A stretch of 36,619 bases of DNA from Dehalococcoidales bacterium (GTDB taxonomy: Bacteria > Chloroflexota > Dehalococcoidia > Dehalococcoidales > RBG-16-60-22). Positions within the stretch are counted from its first letter, which is position 1. Each line of letters starts with the position of its first letter. Position numbers and translations under genes: made by a program. Below, one piece after another: positions 26,376 through 34,997 of the stretch. Location of the stretch: contig JBHIFE010000001.1 of assembly GCA_046760985.1 (NCBI GenBank), positions 1-36,619 of the forward strand, in the 5' to 3' direction. Under the pieces are notes generated by a model. It was not told where the DNA came from and did not search any database. It saw only the letters and a list, made by a program, of their open reading frames with translations.

Positions 26376-27095
26376 ATGCCTGAAGAAACGTTGCTGAAAG
26401 TTAGTAACATAGATGTATTTCACGGCAGCTTTCAAGCCCTGTGGGGTGTATCATTAGCAGTTAAACCCGGTGAAATCGTAGCTCTTATTGGCGCCAATGC
26501 ATCAGGTAAATCCACCTTGCTTAATACAATATCGGGCTTACTGCATCCGGCTAAGGGCAGCATTGAATTTGAGGGGAAGGATATCTCTGCATCGGACCCT
26601 TTCCAAATAGTGACTATGGGCATTTCCCAAGTTCCAGAAGGAAGAAGAATTTTCCCTGTCCTGAGCGTGCTAGATAATCTCATCATAGGTTCATACAATC
26701 CTAAGGCGAGGTCCAAGAGAGAACAAAACCTCAAAATGGTTTACGAGCTCTTCCCGATACTAAAGGAGAGGAAGGATCAACTAGCTAAAACACTAAGCGG
26801 AGGAGAGCAACAAATGCTAGCCATTGGGCGGGGCTTAATGTCAGACCCAAAGCTTTTGCTTCTTGATGAAATGTCTCTTGGCCTTGCTCCCATTGTTCTT
26901 AATGACCTGTATAAAGCCTTGAGGGAAATTAGAGAAAGGGGCATTACTATCCTCTTTGTGGAACAGAATGTAAGGCGAAGCCTCGGGGAAGCTGACAGGG
27001 CATATATTATGGAAGTGGGGCGTGTTGTCTTAAGCGGGGATGTAGCCGATCTTCGGGAGGAAGAGGAAGTTAAAAAAGCATACTTTGGTGTATAA
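26376..27095 (+). CDS. livF: Branched-chain-type ABC transporter ATP-binding protein (LivF-like)
   Basis: Walker A GANASGKST, signature LSGGEQQMLAIGRGL, Walker B LLLLDEMSLGLAP, C-terminus KKAYFGV. Confidence 0.9.
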   Translation: MPEETLLKVSNIDVFHGSFQALWGVSLAVKPGEIVALIGANASGKSTLLNTISGLLHPAKGSIEFEGKDISASDPFQIVTMGISQVPEGRRIFPVLSVLDNLIIGSYNPKARSKREQNLKMVYELFPILKERKDQLAKTLSGGEQQMLAIGRGLMSDPKLLLLDEMSLGLAPIVLNDLYKALREIRERGITILFVEQNVRRSLGEADRAYIMEVGRVVLSGDVADLREEEEVKKAYFGV

Positions 27096-27115
27096 AGTCG
27101 CTTAGGGTGCTATAG

Positions 27116-27982
27116 ATGGAAGTTTTAGCTGGCTTACCTACCCCTATAGTGATGGGTATTCTATTAGGTGGGTTATATACGTTAATTGCCTTAGGTCTTT
27201 CGCTAGTTTTCGGGGTTATGAGGCTGATAAACGTAGCTCACGGAGACCTGGTCATATTCGGTAGCTACTTTGCTTATGCAGCAATGACCATGTTGGGGAT
27301 AGACCCCTTTCTAAGCTTAGTCATGGGCATACCCCTATTGTTTGTAATCGGGTTCGGTACCCAAAGATTTCTCCTCAACCGAGCTTTTGCAGTATCATTG
27401 GACGCTGCACTGCTAGTTTGTTTTGGGATCTCCATAATATTTCAAAATTCTATTCAGATCGTCTGGACGCCGTTCTCCAGGGTTTTGAGACCACCTTACG
27501 CCCTTGAAAGTTTTAGCATTGGTGGACTTCATGTCCCACTAGTATATCTGCTGAATTTTATTGCCGCTTTAATTGTGATGCTTTTCCTCCGTGAATTCCT
27601 GAGGAGAACATATTTAGGCAAGGCAATCAATGCCGCCTCTCAGGATAGGAGAGCGGCTCAGCTGATGGGGATAAATCCGGCTCGTGTGTATGCCTTCGCC
27701 TTCGCTATCGCCATGGCCTTTGCTGCTATTGCCGGCGTGTTGCTTGGATTGACTTTCCCCTTTACCCCGGTATCAGGAGTCGCCTTCCTGATTATTGCCT
27801 TTGGCGTGGTTATAGTAGGAGGTTTAGGCAGCATACTGGGGACGTTTATTGGGGGTATGGTCTTTGGGTTAGCCCAAACTCTTGGTGGCTATTTCTTGGG
27901 TGCCGTGGCTCAGATGCTTGTTGCCTATATCCTAGTGTTTGTAATATTAGCCGTGAGACCACAAGGCATATTTGGTCGTTAG
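27116..27982 (+). CDS. livH: Branched-chain-type ABC transporter permease (LivH-like)
   Basis: 288 aa polytopic protein with LINVAHGDLVIFGSY and C-terminal RPQGIFGR motifs of LivH-family permeases. Confidence 0.9.
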   Translation: MEVLAGLPTPIVMGILLGGLYTLIALGLSLVFGVMRLINVAHGDLVIFGSYFAYAAMTMLGIDPFLSLVMGIPLLFVIGFGTQRFLLNRAFAVSLDAALLVCFGISIIFQNSIQIVWTPFSRVLRPPYALESFSIGGLHVPLVYLLNFIAALIVMLFLREFLRRTYLGKAINAASQDRRAAQLMGINPARVYAFAFAIAMAFAAIAGVLLGLTFPFTPVSGVAFLIIAFGVVIVGGLGSILGTFIGGMVFGLAQTLGGYFLGAVAQMLVAYILVFVILAVRPQGIFGR

Positions 27983-27989
27983 GAGGAAT

Positions 27990-28958
27990 ATGAGGGTTAC
28001 CATTCCACGATTGAGAGGAGGATTGATACCGTTTGCAGCGGTCATGGTTCTGCTGGTAGTGCTGCCAGTGGTAGGGGTACCCCGGCAGTGGCTCCTTTAC
28101 CTCTTTCTCTTCTTTATATACCTAGCTCTGGCAAATATGTGGAATTTGCTTGCTGGTTATAGTGGTCTGATAATGCTATGCCCGGCTGCTTTTGTTGGGC
28201 TGGCAGGGTACACCGTAGCAATAGGCACATGGGTCGGTGTGCCTTTTTATCTAGGAATAATAGTTGGAGCTATAGTAGCGGCAGCATTTGCTCTACTCAT
28301 ATCTATCCCTGTCTTTAGGCTGAGAGGCATCTATTTTGCTATCGGGACACTAGTTCTACCTGAAGTACTGAAGGCTTGGTTTTTGCTTTGGAGACCGGTC
28401 GGGGGAGTGATGGTCGGTAGGGGTGCAGGCTACGCAGTAAAAGGTGTAGCCGGGGTTTCCTTGGTGGAGTGGTACTGGGTGGCTCTTGTTCTCGGGATGG
28501 CATCAATTTTCCTTATGCGAATAATCTTGAGTTCAAAACTGGGACTGGGGCTTGCCGCAATTCGCGATAATGATTACACTGCGGCAAGTTCTGGGATAAA
28601 TGTTTTCCAATTAAAGTTGTACTCCTTTCTTATTGCTGCCTTCATAATGGGAATAGCTGGGGCTGTCTTCTATTCTTATGGCGGATATATAGAGCCGGTG
28701 AGTGCCTTCAATATACGGTGGCTACTTTCAGCACTCCTCGCCACCGTCATAGGGGGCGAAGGCACTGAAGAGGGACCGATTGTTGGAACGGGTGTCGTTG
28801 TCTTTTTGCACTTCTTGCTAGCCAGATATGTTGGAATCAGCCTACTTATACAGGGTGCGTTACTAATCATCATAATGTTACTGGCACCGCAAGGTATCAT
28901 GGGCTTCTTACGCACGACCCGAGCTTACCGCTCCCTGGTACAATTAGCTGCCAGGTGA
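27990..28958 (+). CDS. livM: Branched-chain-type ABC transporter permease (LivM-like)
   Basis: Polytopic protein with NLLAGYSGLIMLCPAAFVGLAGY and AIRDNDYTAASSGINV motifs of LivM-family permeases. Start set to ATG 27990, just after AGGAGG. The alternative TTG at 27972 overlaps livH. Confidence 0.85.
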   Translation: MRVTIPRLRGGLIPFAAVMVLLVVLPVVGVPRQWLLYLFLFFIYLALANMWNLLAGYSGLIMLCPAAFVGLAGYTVAIGTWVGVPFYLGIIVGAIVAAAFALLISIPVFRLRGIYFAIGTLVLPEVLKAWFLLWRPVGGVMVGRGAGYAVKGVAGVSLVEWYWVALVLGMASIFLMRIILSSKLGLGLAAIRDNDYTAASSGINVFQLKLYSFLIAAFIMGIAGAVFYSYGGYIEPVSAFNIRWLLSALLATVIGGEGTEEGPIVGTGVVVFLHFLLARYVGISLLIQGALLIIIMLLAPQGIMGFLRTTRAYRSLVQLAAR

Positions 28959-29494
28959 CGAGCTAATGGTAAAAGCCACTTTGCCCGCTTGGATACACTT
29001 GGCGGGAATTGCGACAAATCAGCGATGACCGTAAATTCATACTTGGGGAAATGCCGTTGAAGCGCCTCTCTTAACGAACTTCTTACTATTATGAGCACGT
29101 TGACCATTGAAGCCAGAGCTAATTCGGTTGCAGGCATAAGCCCTTTACCACGCAGTTCCAGAGGACCAACCTCATCAATGATTACCAGGTCACATCTGTT
29201 CTCTACTGCCTTCTCAATAGCACTGCAGGCAAATAATATCCCCTTCCGGCTGATGGTATAGTCACCAACTCTTTCCCCTTCCTTGAAAAACCTATCACGT
29301 GATAGCCGAGCAAAAGGGATCTCTTCGCCGGTGAGGAGGTCAATCGCATTAAAGCCAGCCTGCTCCCCATGCTTGCGAGTCTCCGGACAAAGGACCCCGC
29401 CAATACTTAATCCCTGTCTTCGTAACCAGCTGATGTATTCACTGCACCAACTAGTCTTACCCGAACCTGGCTTACCTAAAATGAGGAGATTCAT
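28925..29494 (-). CDS. THEP1-like P-loop nucleoside triphosphatase
   Basis: Start moved to MNLLILGKPGSGKT (Walker A). The GGVLCPETRKHGEQAGFNAIDLLTGE block and Walker B DLVIIDEVGPLELRGKG follow the THEP1/NTPase_1 layout. Its ATG shares one base with the upstream TGA (TGATG). Confidence 0.7.
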   Translation of the reverse strand: MNLLILGKPGSGKTSWCSEYISWLRRQGLSIGGVLCPETRKHGEQAGFNAIDLLTGEEIPFARLSRDRFFKEGERVGDYTISRKGILFACSAIEKAVENRCDLVIIDEVGPLELRGKGLMPATELALASMVNVLIIVRSSLREALQRHFPKYEFTVIADLSQFPPSVSKRAKWLLPLARHLAANCTRER

Positions 29495-30204
29495 CAAAGA
29501 CCTGATGCAAAGGCAAATGCTGCGATAATCCAGCACAAGACTGTACTAGCTCCAGCACTGGCATAGAAAATCTTTGGCTTGATAGTTCTGAGTTGCAAAA
29601 GCTTAAGCCGAAGATGAGTGCCCACCATGTGTCCCAAGAGCAGCAGTCCAGTGCCTATAATGGCTAAGCCCGTGCCATTTGAAAATGTTGAAATGAGTTT
29701 CTCCATAGGTGCCATGAATGGCCAGTTACCCATGCCCAGCACTGAGGCAAAAACGGCGTAAAGGGTAATGCCCAAGTATCCTGCTGAGACACCAACCGCT
29801 ATGCGCATCTTGATACTACTTTCAAAACCTTTAAACATCAGACTGACTACTAAACTGAGCGCTAATGCCTCCAGAAGGATTGCTGAGGCTGGGTTGATCA
29901 CGAATGGGTCGAAAATGGACCTACCATAGATTAGAGCGCTCAGTGGTTTGAAAAGGGCGGCGACCAGCCCTATCCCAATCACCAGTTTAGGCTGTCTGTA
30001 GGTGGCTACGAATGTCGCCATGATTGACATGCCAATGCCAGCTGTAATTGCCCCTTTGTAGGGGAAGTGGATAAGGTGTAAAAACCCGCCTAGAGTAGCT
30101 TCTAAAAGTCCCCAAATTGAGCCAAAGACCAAAACCCCAATGAAAGCACTCAAAATGCCTTTTGATTCTGAGACTCTCTTTATTTTGCTGAATAATAGTT
30201 GCAT
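29494..30204 (-). CDS. Polytopic membrane protein of unknown family (about 6-7 TM)
   Basis: 236 aa, hydrophobic throughout (FIGVLVFGSIWGLLEATLGGFLHL..., GLAIIGTGLLLLGHMVG...). I recognise no motif. It lies 67 nt downstream of beta-2 and is coupled to the NTPase gene. Confidence 0.6.
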   Translation of the reverse strand: MQLLFSKIKRVSESKGILSAFIGVLVFGSIWGLLEATLGGFLHLIHFPYKGAITAGIGMSIMATFVATYRQPKLVIGIGLVAALFKPLSALIYGRSIFDPFVINPASAILLEALALSLVVSLMFKGFESSIKMRIAVGVSAGYLGITLYAVFASVLGMGNWPFMAPMEKLISTFSNGTGLAIIGTGLLLLGHMVGTHLRLKLLQLRTIKPKIFYASAGASTVLCWIIAAFAFASGL

Positions 30205-30271
30205 TTTTTACACCTCTCCCTCATAGGCTATGTAAATGAGCATCATGTATATAAAGCTAACCGAGTATTGG

Positions 30272-31111
30272 TCAGCGAGATAGGGTTATGGAGCCCAGGT
30301 AGCGGGCAGTTTTCAGGTCAACATCCATCGCCTTTGATGCGTATCCGGCACATTCAAGTTTCACGTGGTACTTTCCCACACTAAGACCATCAAATTCGAA
30401 ATCTCCATAGTTGTTGGTGACGGTGGTTCTTGTTTCTCCGGTCTTTTTATCTTCTAATGTTACTTTAACGTTTTCGGCACACTCATCTGTATCTTTAAAA
30501 ATAACACTCCCGGCTATGAAGTGCTTGGTAATCTTGTAAAGGTCTATATAGTAGATGCTGGGCTTTGTTTTGTATTCAGGGTGGAAGACCTCGGCTTTAC
30601 CTGAATTCAGCAGCTTAGACACCTCGCTCGCCGGGTCATCCAAGTCACCTAATATCATAGCCTGACTTGGACATACTTGCACACACTTGGGAATTTTTCC
30701 CTCTTCAAGCATGTGGGTGCAGAAGGTACACTTTTGGGGGAGCTGTTTTTCCTTGTTCCAAAATATTACCTGGTAGGGGCAGGCATCTACTATTTGTTTT
30801 TGTCCAACAGCCTTCGTCGGGTCTATTATCACTATTCCGTCCGGTCTTTTATATACAGCCCTATTCTTAGCAATCTTAACGCAAGGCGCATCGTCACAGT
30901 TCATGCAGAGAACCGGCATGTAAGCGACTTTTGTACAAGGATATGTTCCACGCTCCTTACTCAAGAGGTTTATCCAGAATTGCCCATGCTTCGGCTGAGC
31001 TACGGAATATGGGGGATAATCATTATCCCAGTATTCATCTTTACAGGCGGCAAAACAGCAATAGCAGGCGGTACATCTTGATACATTGATCACCATACCC
31101 CATTTGGGCAT
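30272..31111 (-). CDS. Transhydroxylase-type beta subunit 2 (three [4Fe-4S] motifs + C-terminal beta-sandwich domain)
   Basis: Start moved to MPKWGMVINVSRCTACYCCFAACKDEY (GGAGGGAG SD, 2 nt after the alpha-2 stop). It appears alignable along its length with beta-1, including the C-terminal KVTLEDKKTGE...NYGDFEFDGL...YHVKLE domain. Confidence 0.85.
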   Translation of the reverse strand: MPKWGMVINVSRCTACYCCFAACKDEYWDNDYPPYSVAQPKHGQFWINLLSKERGTYPCTKVAYMPVLCMNCDDAPCVKIAKNRAVYKRPDGIVIIDPTKAVGQKQIVDACPYQVIFWNKEKQLPQKCTFCTHMLEEGKIPKCVQVCPSQAMILGDLDDPASEVSKLLNSGKAEVFHPEYKTKPSIYYIDLYKITKHFIAGSVIFKDTDECAENVKVTLEDKKTGETRTTVTNNYGDFEFDGLSVGKYHVKLECAGYASKAMDVDLKTARYLGSITLSR

Positions 31112-31113
31112 CT

Positions 31114-33732
31114 TTACTCCCTCCACTTTTCTATTTCAACCAGGCATGAGTTCGGTGCCATCCCACAGGCATTCTTAGATACGAAGCGGTGAGGTGTCAG
31201 CAGGTTAATGCATCCGCCTCTATCTGGCGATTCTCCAGGCTCACCGATTGGCTCGTAATTAGCGGAGGACTCATAAGAATGGACCACTCCGGGTGGAACT
31301 CGTCCCGTAATTTGGGCAGCACATAAAACAGCCCCTCTATCATTGTAGACTTTGACCACGCCGCCGTTTTTAATACCTCTTGCCTCAGCATCCTTCGGGT
31401 TCACCCGAATCACCCAGTAGTAATATCCGTCTTCCTTCTTAACCCTGTGGTCCGGTATTTCATTCATCCAGCTTTCTTTTCCATCATACATGGTGTGGAA
31501 GCTATACTTGGGATGAGGTGAAATGAGCTGTAGAGGATATTTGGACACCAGTTCTTTAGTATGATGACCTTCCCACGATGGTATGTACTTGGGAACAGGC
31601 GGTCTTTCCGGGTCGTCAGGGTCGAAACGTTTGAGGCTCTGCGATTCAAACTCTATTTTCCCCGACTGGGTTGCCAGGTTTCCTTCTCTGTCCGGCAGCC
31701 CTTCTACGGCTCCGCCAACAGGACCCCAGTCCGGTGTATCCCTCCTTCTACCTTCAGCAAACCACCTTAAGGCTGGCGTTGGCTTATAGTTTTTCGGCAG
31801 AGGAATGACAAAATAGCCTTTCTTCTCGAATTCTTCCCATGAAATGTATTTGGGCAGGTCGCTTGCCTCAAACAATCTTTTCACCCAGTCTAACTCACTC
31901 AGACCTCCCTCGGTGAACTTATCGTAGAACCCAAGCCTCTCAGCCACCGTGGCGAATATGTCGTAGTCCGACTTAGATTCTCCAAGAGGCTCAATACATT
32001 TCTTTTGCAGCACTACTATCCGGTGGTTGGTACCATAGGAATTATGAGGTATGTAGCCTGAACAGTGAGCCCACTCGCCAATGTCCCACCTTTCAAAGTT
32101 TGTGCAGGCTGGAAGCACCAGGTCAGCAAACTGAGCCTCTCCCTCCATCCAGATGGACTGGTTAACTACAAATTCCAGCTTGGGGCTTTGATACATCCTG
32201 ACCCATCTGTTGGTGTTGTTCATAGTACCAATGTAGGCACCACCGTACCGCCAGAACATTTTGACTTCTGGATATCCGTCTTCAGGATACTTGTATTTTT
32301 TAAACTGGGTTTCCGTAGAAGCACCACAGAAGCCTTTTCCCCGCCATTCTTGAGGCGGATTTAAGATGCATTCGGGGAGTAGAATCCTCGGCATATGCTG
32401 CCCTCCAGGGTCATTTACAGCAGACCTCACCGGCTTTTTAGTCACTGCTCGGGAGAGCATTTGGTATTGGGCAGCAGTGTTTATCGGGTCACCCGATATT
32501 GCTCCCTCGGTATATCCTGGAAATACGAATTCGGTATTATACGGGGCGCCTCCTGTTGTCGACCAGATGTTAATACCCGGTTTACCCAGTCCCTGCATTG
32601 CCTGTAACAGGACCATCATTCTCGCCCATTCCGTTCCGTAAGCGGTTCGGCAGGCTCCTCCCCAGCCTCCAAGCCCTCCAGCCGCCAGCATGGTTTTCTT
32701 TTTTGCCCACTCCCTGGCTAGGGCTTTAATCTCCCGCCCGGGTATCCCCGTCTCTTCCTCAGCCCATTCCGGAGTCTTAGGAAAACCATCTTCCTTGCCC
32801 AGAATATAGTCTCTCCAGTTTTCAAAGCCGAAGGTACGCTTTTCAACATAGTCTTTATCGTAAAGGTTTTCAGTGAGCCAAACATAGGCGATGGCAGCGG
32901 CTAGAGCCGAATTGGTGTCAGGTCTTGGCGCAAACCATTTGTCAGCAAGGTTTACTGCAGTAAAGTTGTAGTAAGGGTCTATGAAAACCATTTTCACACC
33001 TAACTCTTTCAACCAGAAGCGCCATATGGTTGACTCCTGCCCGGTATATATTCCGCCCGTAGTCTCGGGGTCACTAGACCAGAAAACTATCATTTCACAG
33101 TGTTTCAAGGCATCTTCCAAGAGGTCGTATTGTTCTGGAACTCCCAGCCTCCAGGCAAACCCAAACGTATGCATGGCACCCCAGTGCCAGCCTTCCCAGC
33201 TGTCCGGGTTATGGTCGGCGTAAGTGTAGCCCAGAATATCCATAAACCTGAAGTAGGTGCTATGCCTGTACCCAATATGACCCCAGTTATGGTGCGAAGA
33301 AGGTGTGCTTAAAAGGGCTCCCGGCCCGTAGCTTTTATGGATACGCTTTATTTCATTGGTGAGAATATCTAAAGCCTCATCCCAGCTTACTCGCTCATAG
33401 CCTGATTTACCTCTATTTTCAGGTTTCCTGTCTCCATCAGGATTGAAGTCCACTCTTTTAAGTGGGTAAAGGATTCTGTTAGACGAGTATATTCTTGACC
33501 TTTCGGCTAGAGTATATGAAGATAGCATTGCTCTTCTTGGGGGAGAGAATTTTCTTCCACGTGCCTCGATGACCCAAGACGCAGCATCATCAGAGCCAAG
33601 TTGCAGTGGCTCAAGGCGTGTTATTCTTCCGTTTTTGACATAAACATAAACTGGTCCGCCAACAGTACAATTGGTAAGAACTTGTTCATCTTTTGTGGAA
33701 CAACTCATATTCAACTCCCCTTTATTTGACAT
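31114..33732 (-). CDS. Transhydroxylase-type molybdopterin (MGD) alpha subunit 2 (canonical length)
   Basis: 872 aa. Blocks [76 protein letters not shown] and DRGGCINLLTP match my memory of the Pelobacter transhydroxylase large subunit. No TAT signal. Confidence 0.88.
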   Translation of the reverse strand: MSNKGELNMSCSTKDEQVLTNCTVGGPVYVYVKNGRITRLEPLQLGSDDAASWVIEARGRKFSPPRRAMLSSYTLAERSRIYSSNRILYPLKRVDFNPDGDRKPENRGKSGYERVSWDEALDILTNEIKRIHKSYGPGALLSTPSSHHNWGHIGYRHSTYFRFMDILGYTYADHNPDSWEGWHWGAMHTFGFAWRLGVPEQYDLLEDALKHCEMIVFWSSDPETTGGIYTGQESTIWRFWLKELGVKMVFIDPYYNFTAVNLADKWFAPRPDTNSALAAAIAYVWLTENLYDKDYVEKRTFGFENWRDYILGKEDGFPKTPEWAEEETGIPGREIKALAREWAKKKTMLAAGGLGGWGGACRTAYGTEWARMMVLLQAMQGLGKPGINIWSTTGGAPYNTEFVFPGYTEGAISGDPINTAAQYQMLSRAVTKKPVRSAVNDPGGQHMPRILLPECILNPPQEWRGKGFCGASTETQFKKYKYPEDGYPEVKMFWRYGGAYIGTMNNTNRWVRMYQSPKLEFVVNQSIWMEGEAQFADLVLPACTNFERWDIGEWAHCSGYIPHNSYGTNHRIVVLQKKCIEPLGESKSDYDIFATVAERLGFYDKFTEGGLSELDWVKRLFEASDLPKYISWEEFEKKGYFVIPLPKNYKPTPALRWFAEGRRRDTPDWGPVGGAVEGLPDREGNLATQSGKIEFESQSLKRFDPDDPERPPVPKYIPSWEGHHTKELVSKYPLQLISPHPKYSFHTMYDGKESWMNEIPDHRVKKEDGYYYWVIRVNPKDAEARGIKNGGVVKVYNDRGAVLCAAQITGRVPPGVVHSYESSANYEPIGEPGESPDRGGCINLLTPHRFVSKNACGMAPNSCLVEIEKWRE

Positions 33733-33765
33733 ACTTTATTCCTTAAGCCATGCTGAACGTTCCAG

Positions 33766-34977
33766 TTACCAAGCCCTACTCAGGATACAGACGGCGCTGT
33801 TGCCCGCATACCCGTAGCTTTGGGCAAGTCCTACCTTGGGATTATTCGTGACCTGTCTGCCGCCGGCTTCGCCCCGTAGCTGTATCGCTATTTCGATAAC
33901 TTGCCAGAGACCCTGTGCTACGGTGGCTTCACCAAAGGCTCCGAAGCCACCGCTGGGGCAAACCGGAATCTTACCATCCGGGACATTGAAATCACCCCGC
34001 CGGAACCACTTTTCTGACTCACCATAGTCCAATCCAAGAATTATGTCCAGATATGCGAAGTAATGCCATGAGCTATTGTCTGGCAACTCAATAAGGTTAA
34101 TATCGGTGGGTTGACGCCCAGATTGTTTGTAAGCGCTGGCAATGGCGTTCCTACTTTCGCTCAAGGAAAGAACACCAGGCCTCGGGTATGAACTCAACTG
34201 GGTAAGTATCACCGTGGGGTCACCGAAGGAAGCTGACCCAAGCGAAACTCCCTCGATTAGGAGGGGTTTATCAGTGTACTGCTTAGCTTTCTCCATCGGG
34301 GCTAGGATGATTGCGGCGGCGCCATCACTGGTGGCGCAAATCTCAAAAAGACGTAATGGGTCGCAGACCATTGGTGAGGCGAGGACCTCCTCCTTGGTGA
34401 ATGCTTTCTTATATCTAGCGTTTGGATTATAAACACTACCTTTGCTGGTAATGACTTTAACCATAGCCAAGTCATCTTCAGTGGTGCCCACATCATGCAT
34501 TCTACGCTTGCACTCCATAGCCCAGTAGGCGGGATTAGTCTCACCAGTCATGACGTAGCGCTGGTAATCAGTGTCGAAATTAGTGTCTGTAGATTGAGGT
34601 CGGAAGAAGCCTCCTGCCGATTTATCCGAACCCACAGCGATAACCACATCGTGTTCGCCACTGGCTACGGTGAAATAGGCTTCTCTCAGGATAGACTGCC
34701 CAGAGGCACAAGCATTGACTACATTGGTACAGGGTATGCCTGTTCCTCCCATCATAGAAGCAACTGTAGTGCCTAACAATAATGACGGTACGCCTCCTTG
34801 GTCAGCGACCCACATATAGGCGCCACAGGTCATAGCTTCTATTTCTCTCCAGCTCATTTTGGCATCAGCTAAAGCGTTGGTGATAGCTTCGGTAGCCATT
34901 TCCGCCATGGACTTTTCCCCAAATACACCCCACGGATGGAGCCCCACCCCGACAATAACAACTTCTCTGTGTTTCAT
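33766..34977 (-). CDS. SCP-x/archaeal-type thiolase-domain protein
   Basis: VVIVGVGLHPWG N-terminus, active-site Cys in VVNACASGQ, and C-terminal GLAQSYGYAGNSAVCIL. 403 aa. Confidence 0.88.
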   Translation of the reverse strand: MKHREVVIVGVGLHPWGVFGEKSMAEMATEAITNALADAKMSWREIEAMTCGAYMWVADQGGVPSLLLGTTVASMMGGTGIPCTNVVNACASGQSILREAYFTVASGEHDVVIAVGSDKSAGGFFRPQSTDTNFDTDYQRYVMTGETNPAYWAMECKRRMHDVGTTEDDLAMVKVITSKGSVYNPNARYKKAFTKEEVLASPMVCDPLRLFEICATSDGAAAIILAPMEKAKQYTDKPLLIEGVSLGSASFGDPTVILTQLSSYPRPGVLSLSESRNAIASAYKQSGRQPTDINLIELPDNSSWHYFAYLDIILGLDYGESEKWFRRGDFNVPDGKIPVCPSGGFGAFGEATVAQGLWQVIEIAIQLRGEAGGRQVTNNPKVGLAQSYGYAGNSAVCILSRAW

Positions 34978-34997
34978 TTATCTCTATATCCTCCCGT

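Noticed and set aside
16451-33732. Possibility that the Mo-enzyme alpha subunits are periplasmic (TAT) or selenocysteine-containing, like formate dehydrogenases
   Set aside because: Neither alpha subunit has a twin-arginine motif, an N-terminal Fe-S Cys cluster or an in-frame TGA. Both look cytoplasmic, like the canonical transhydroxylase.
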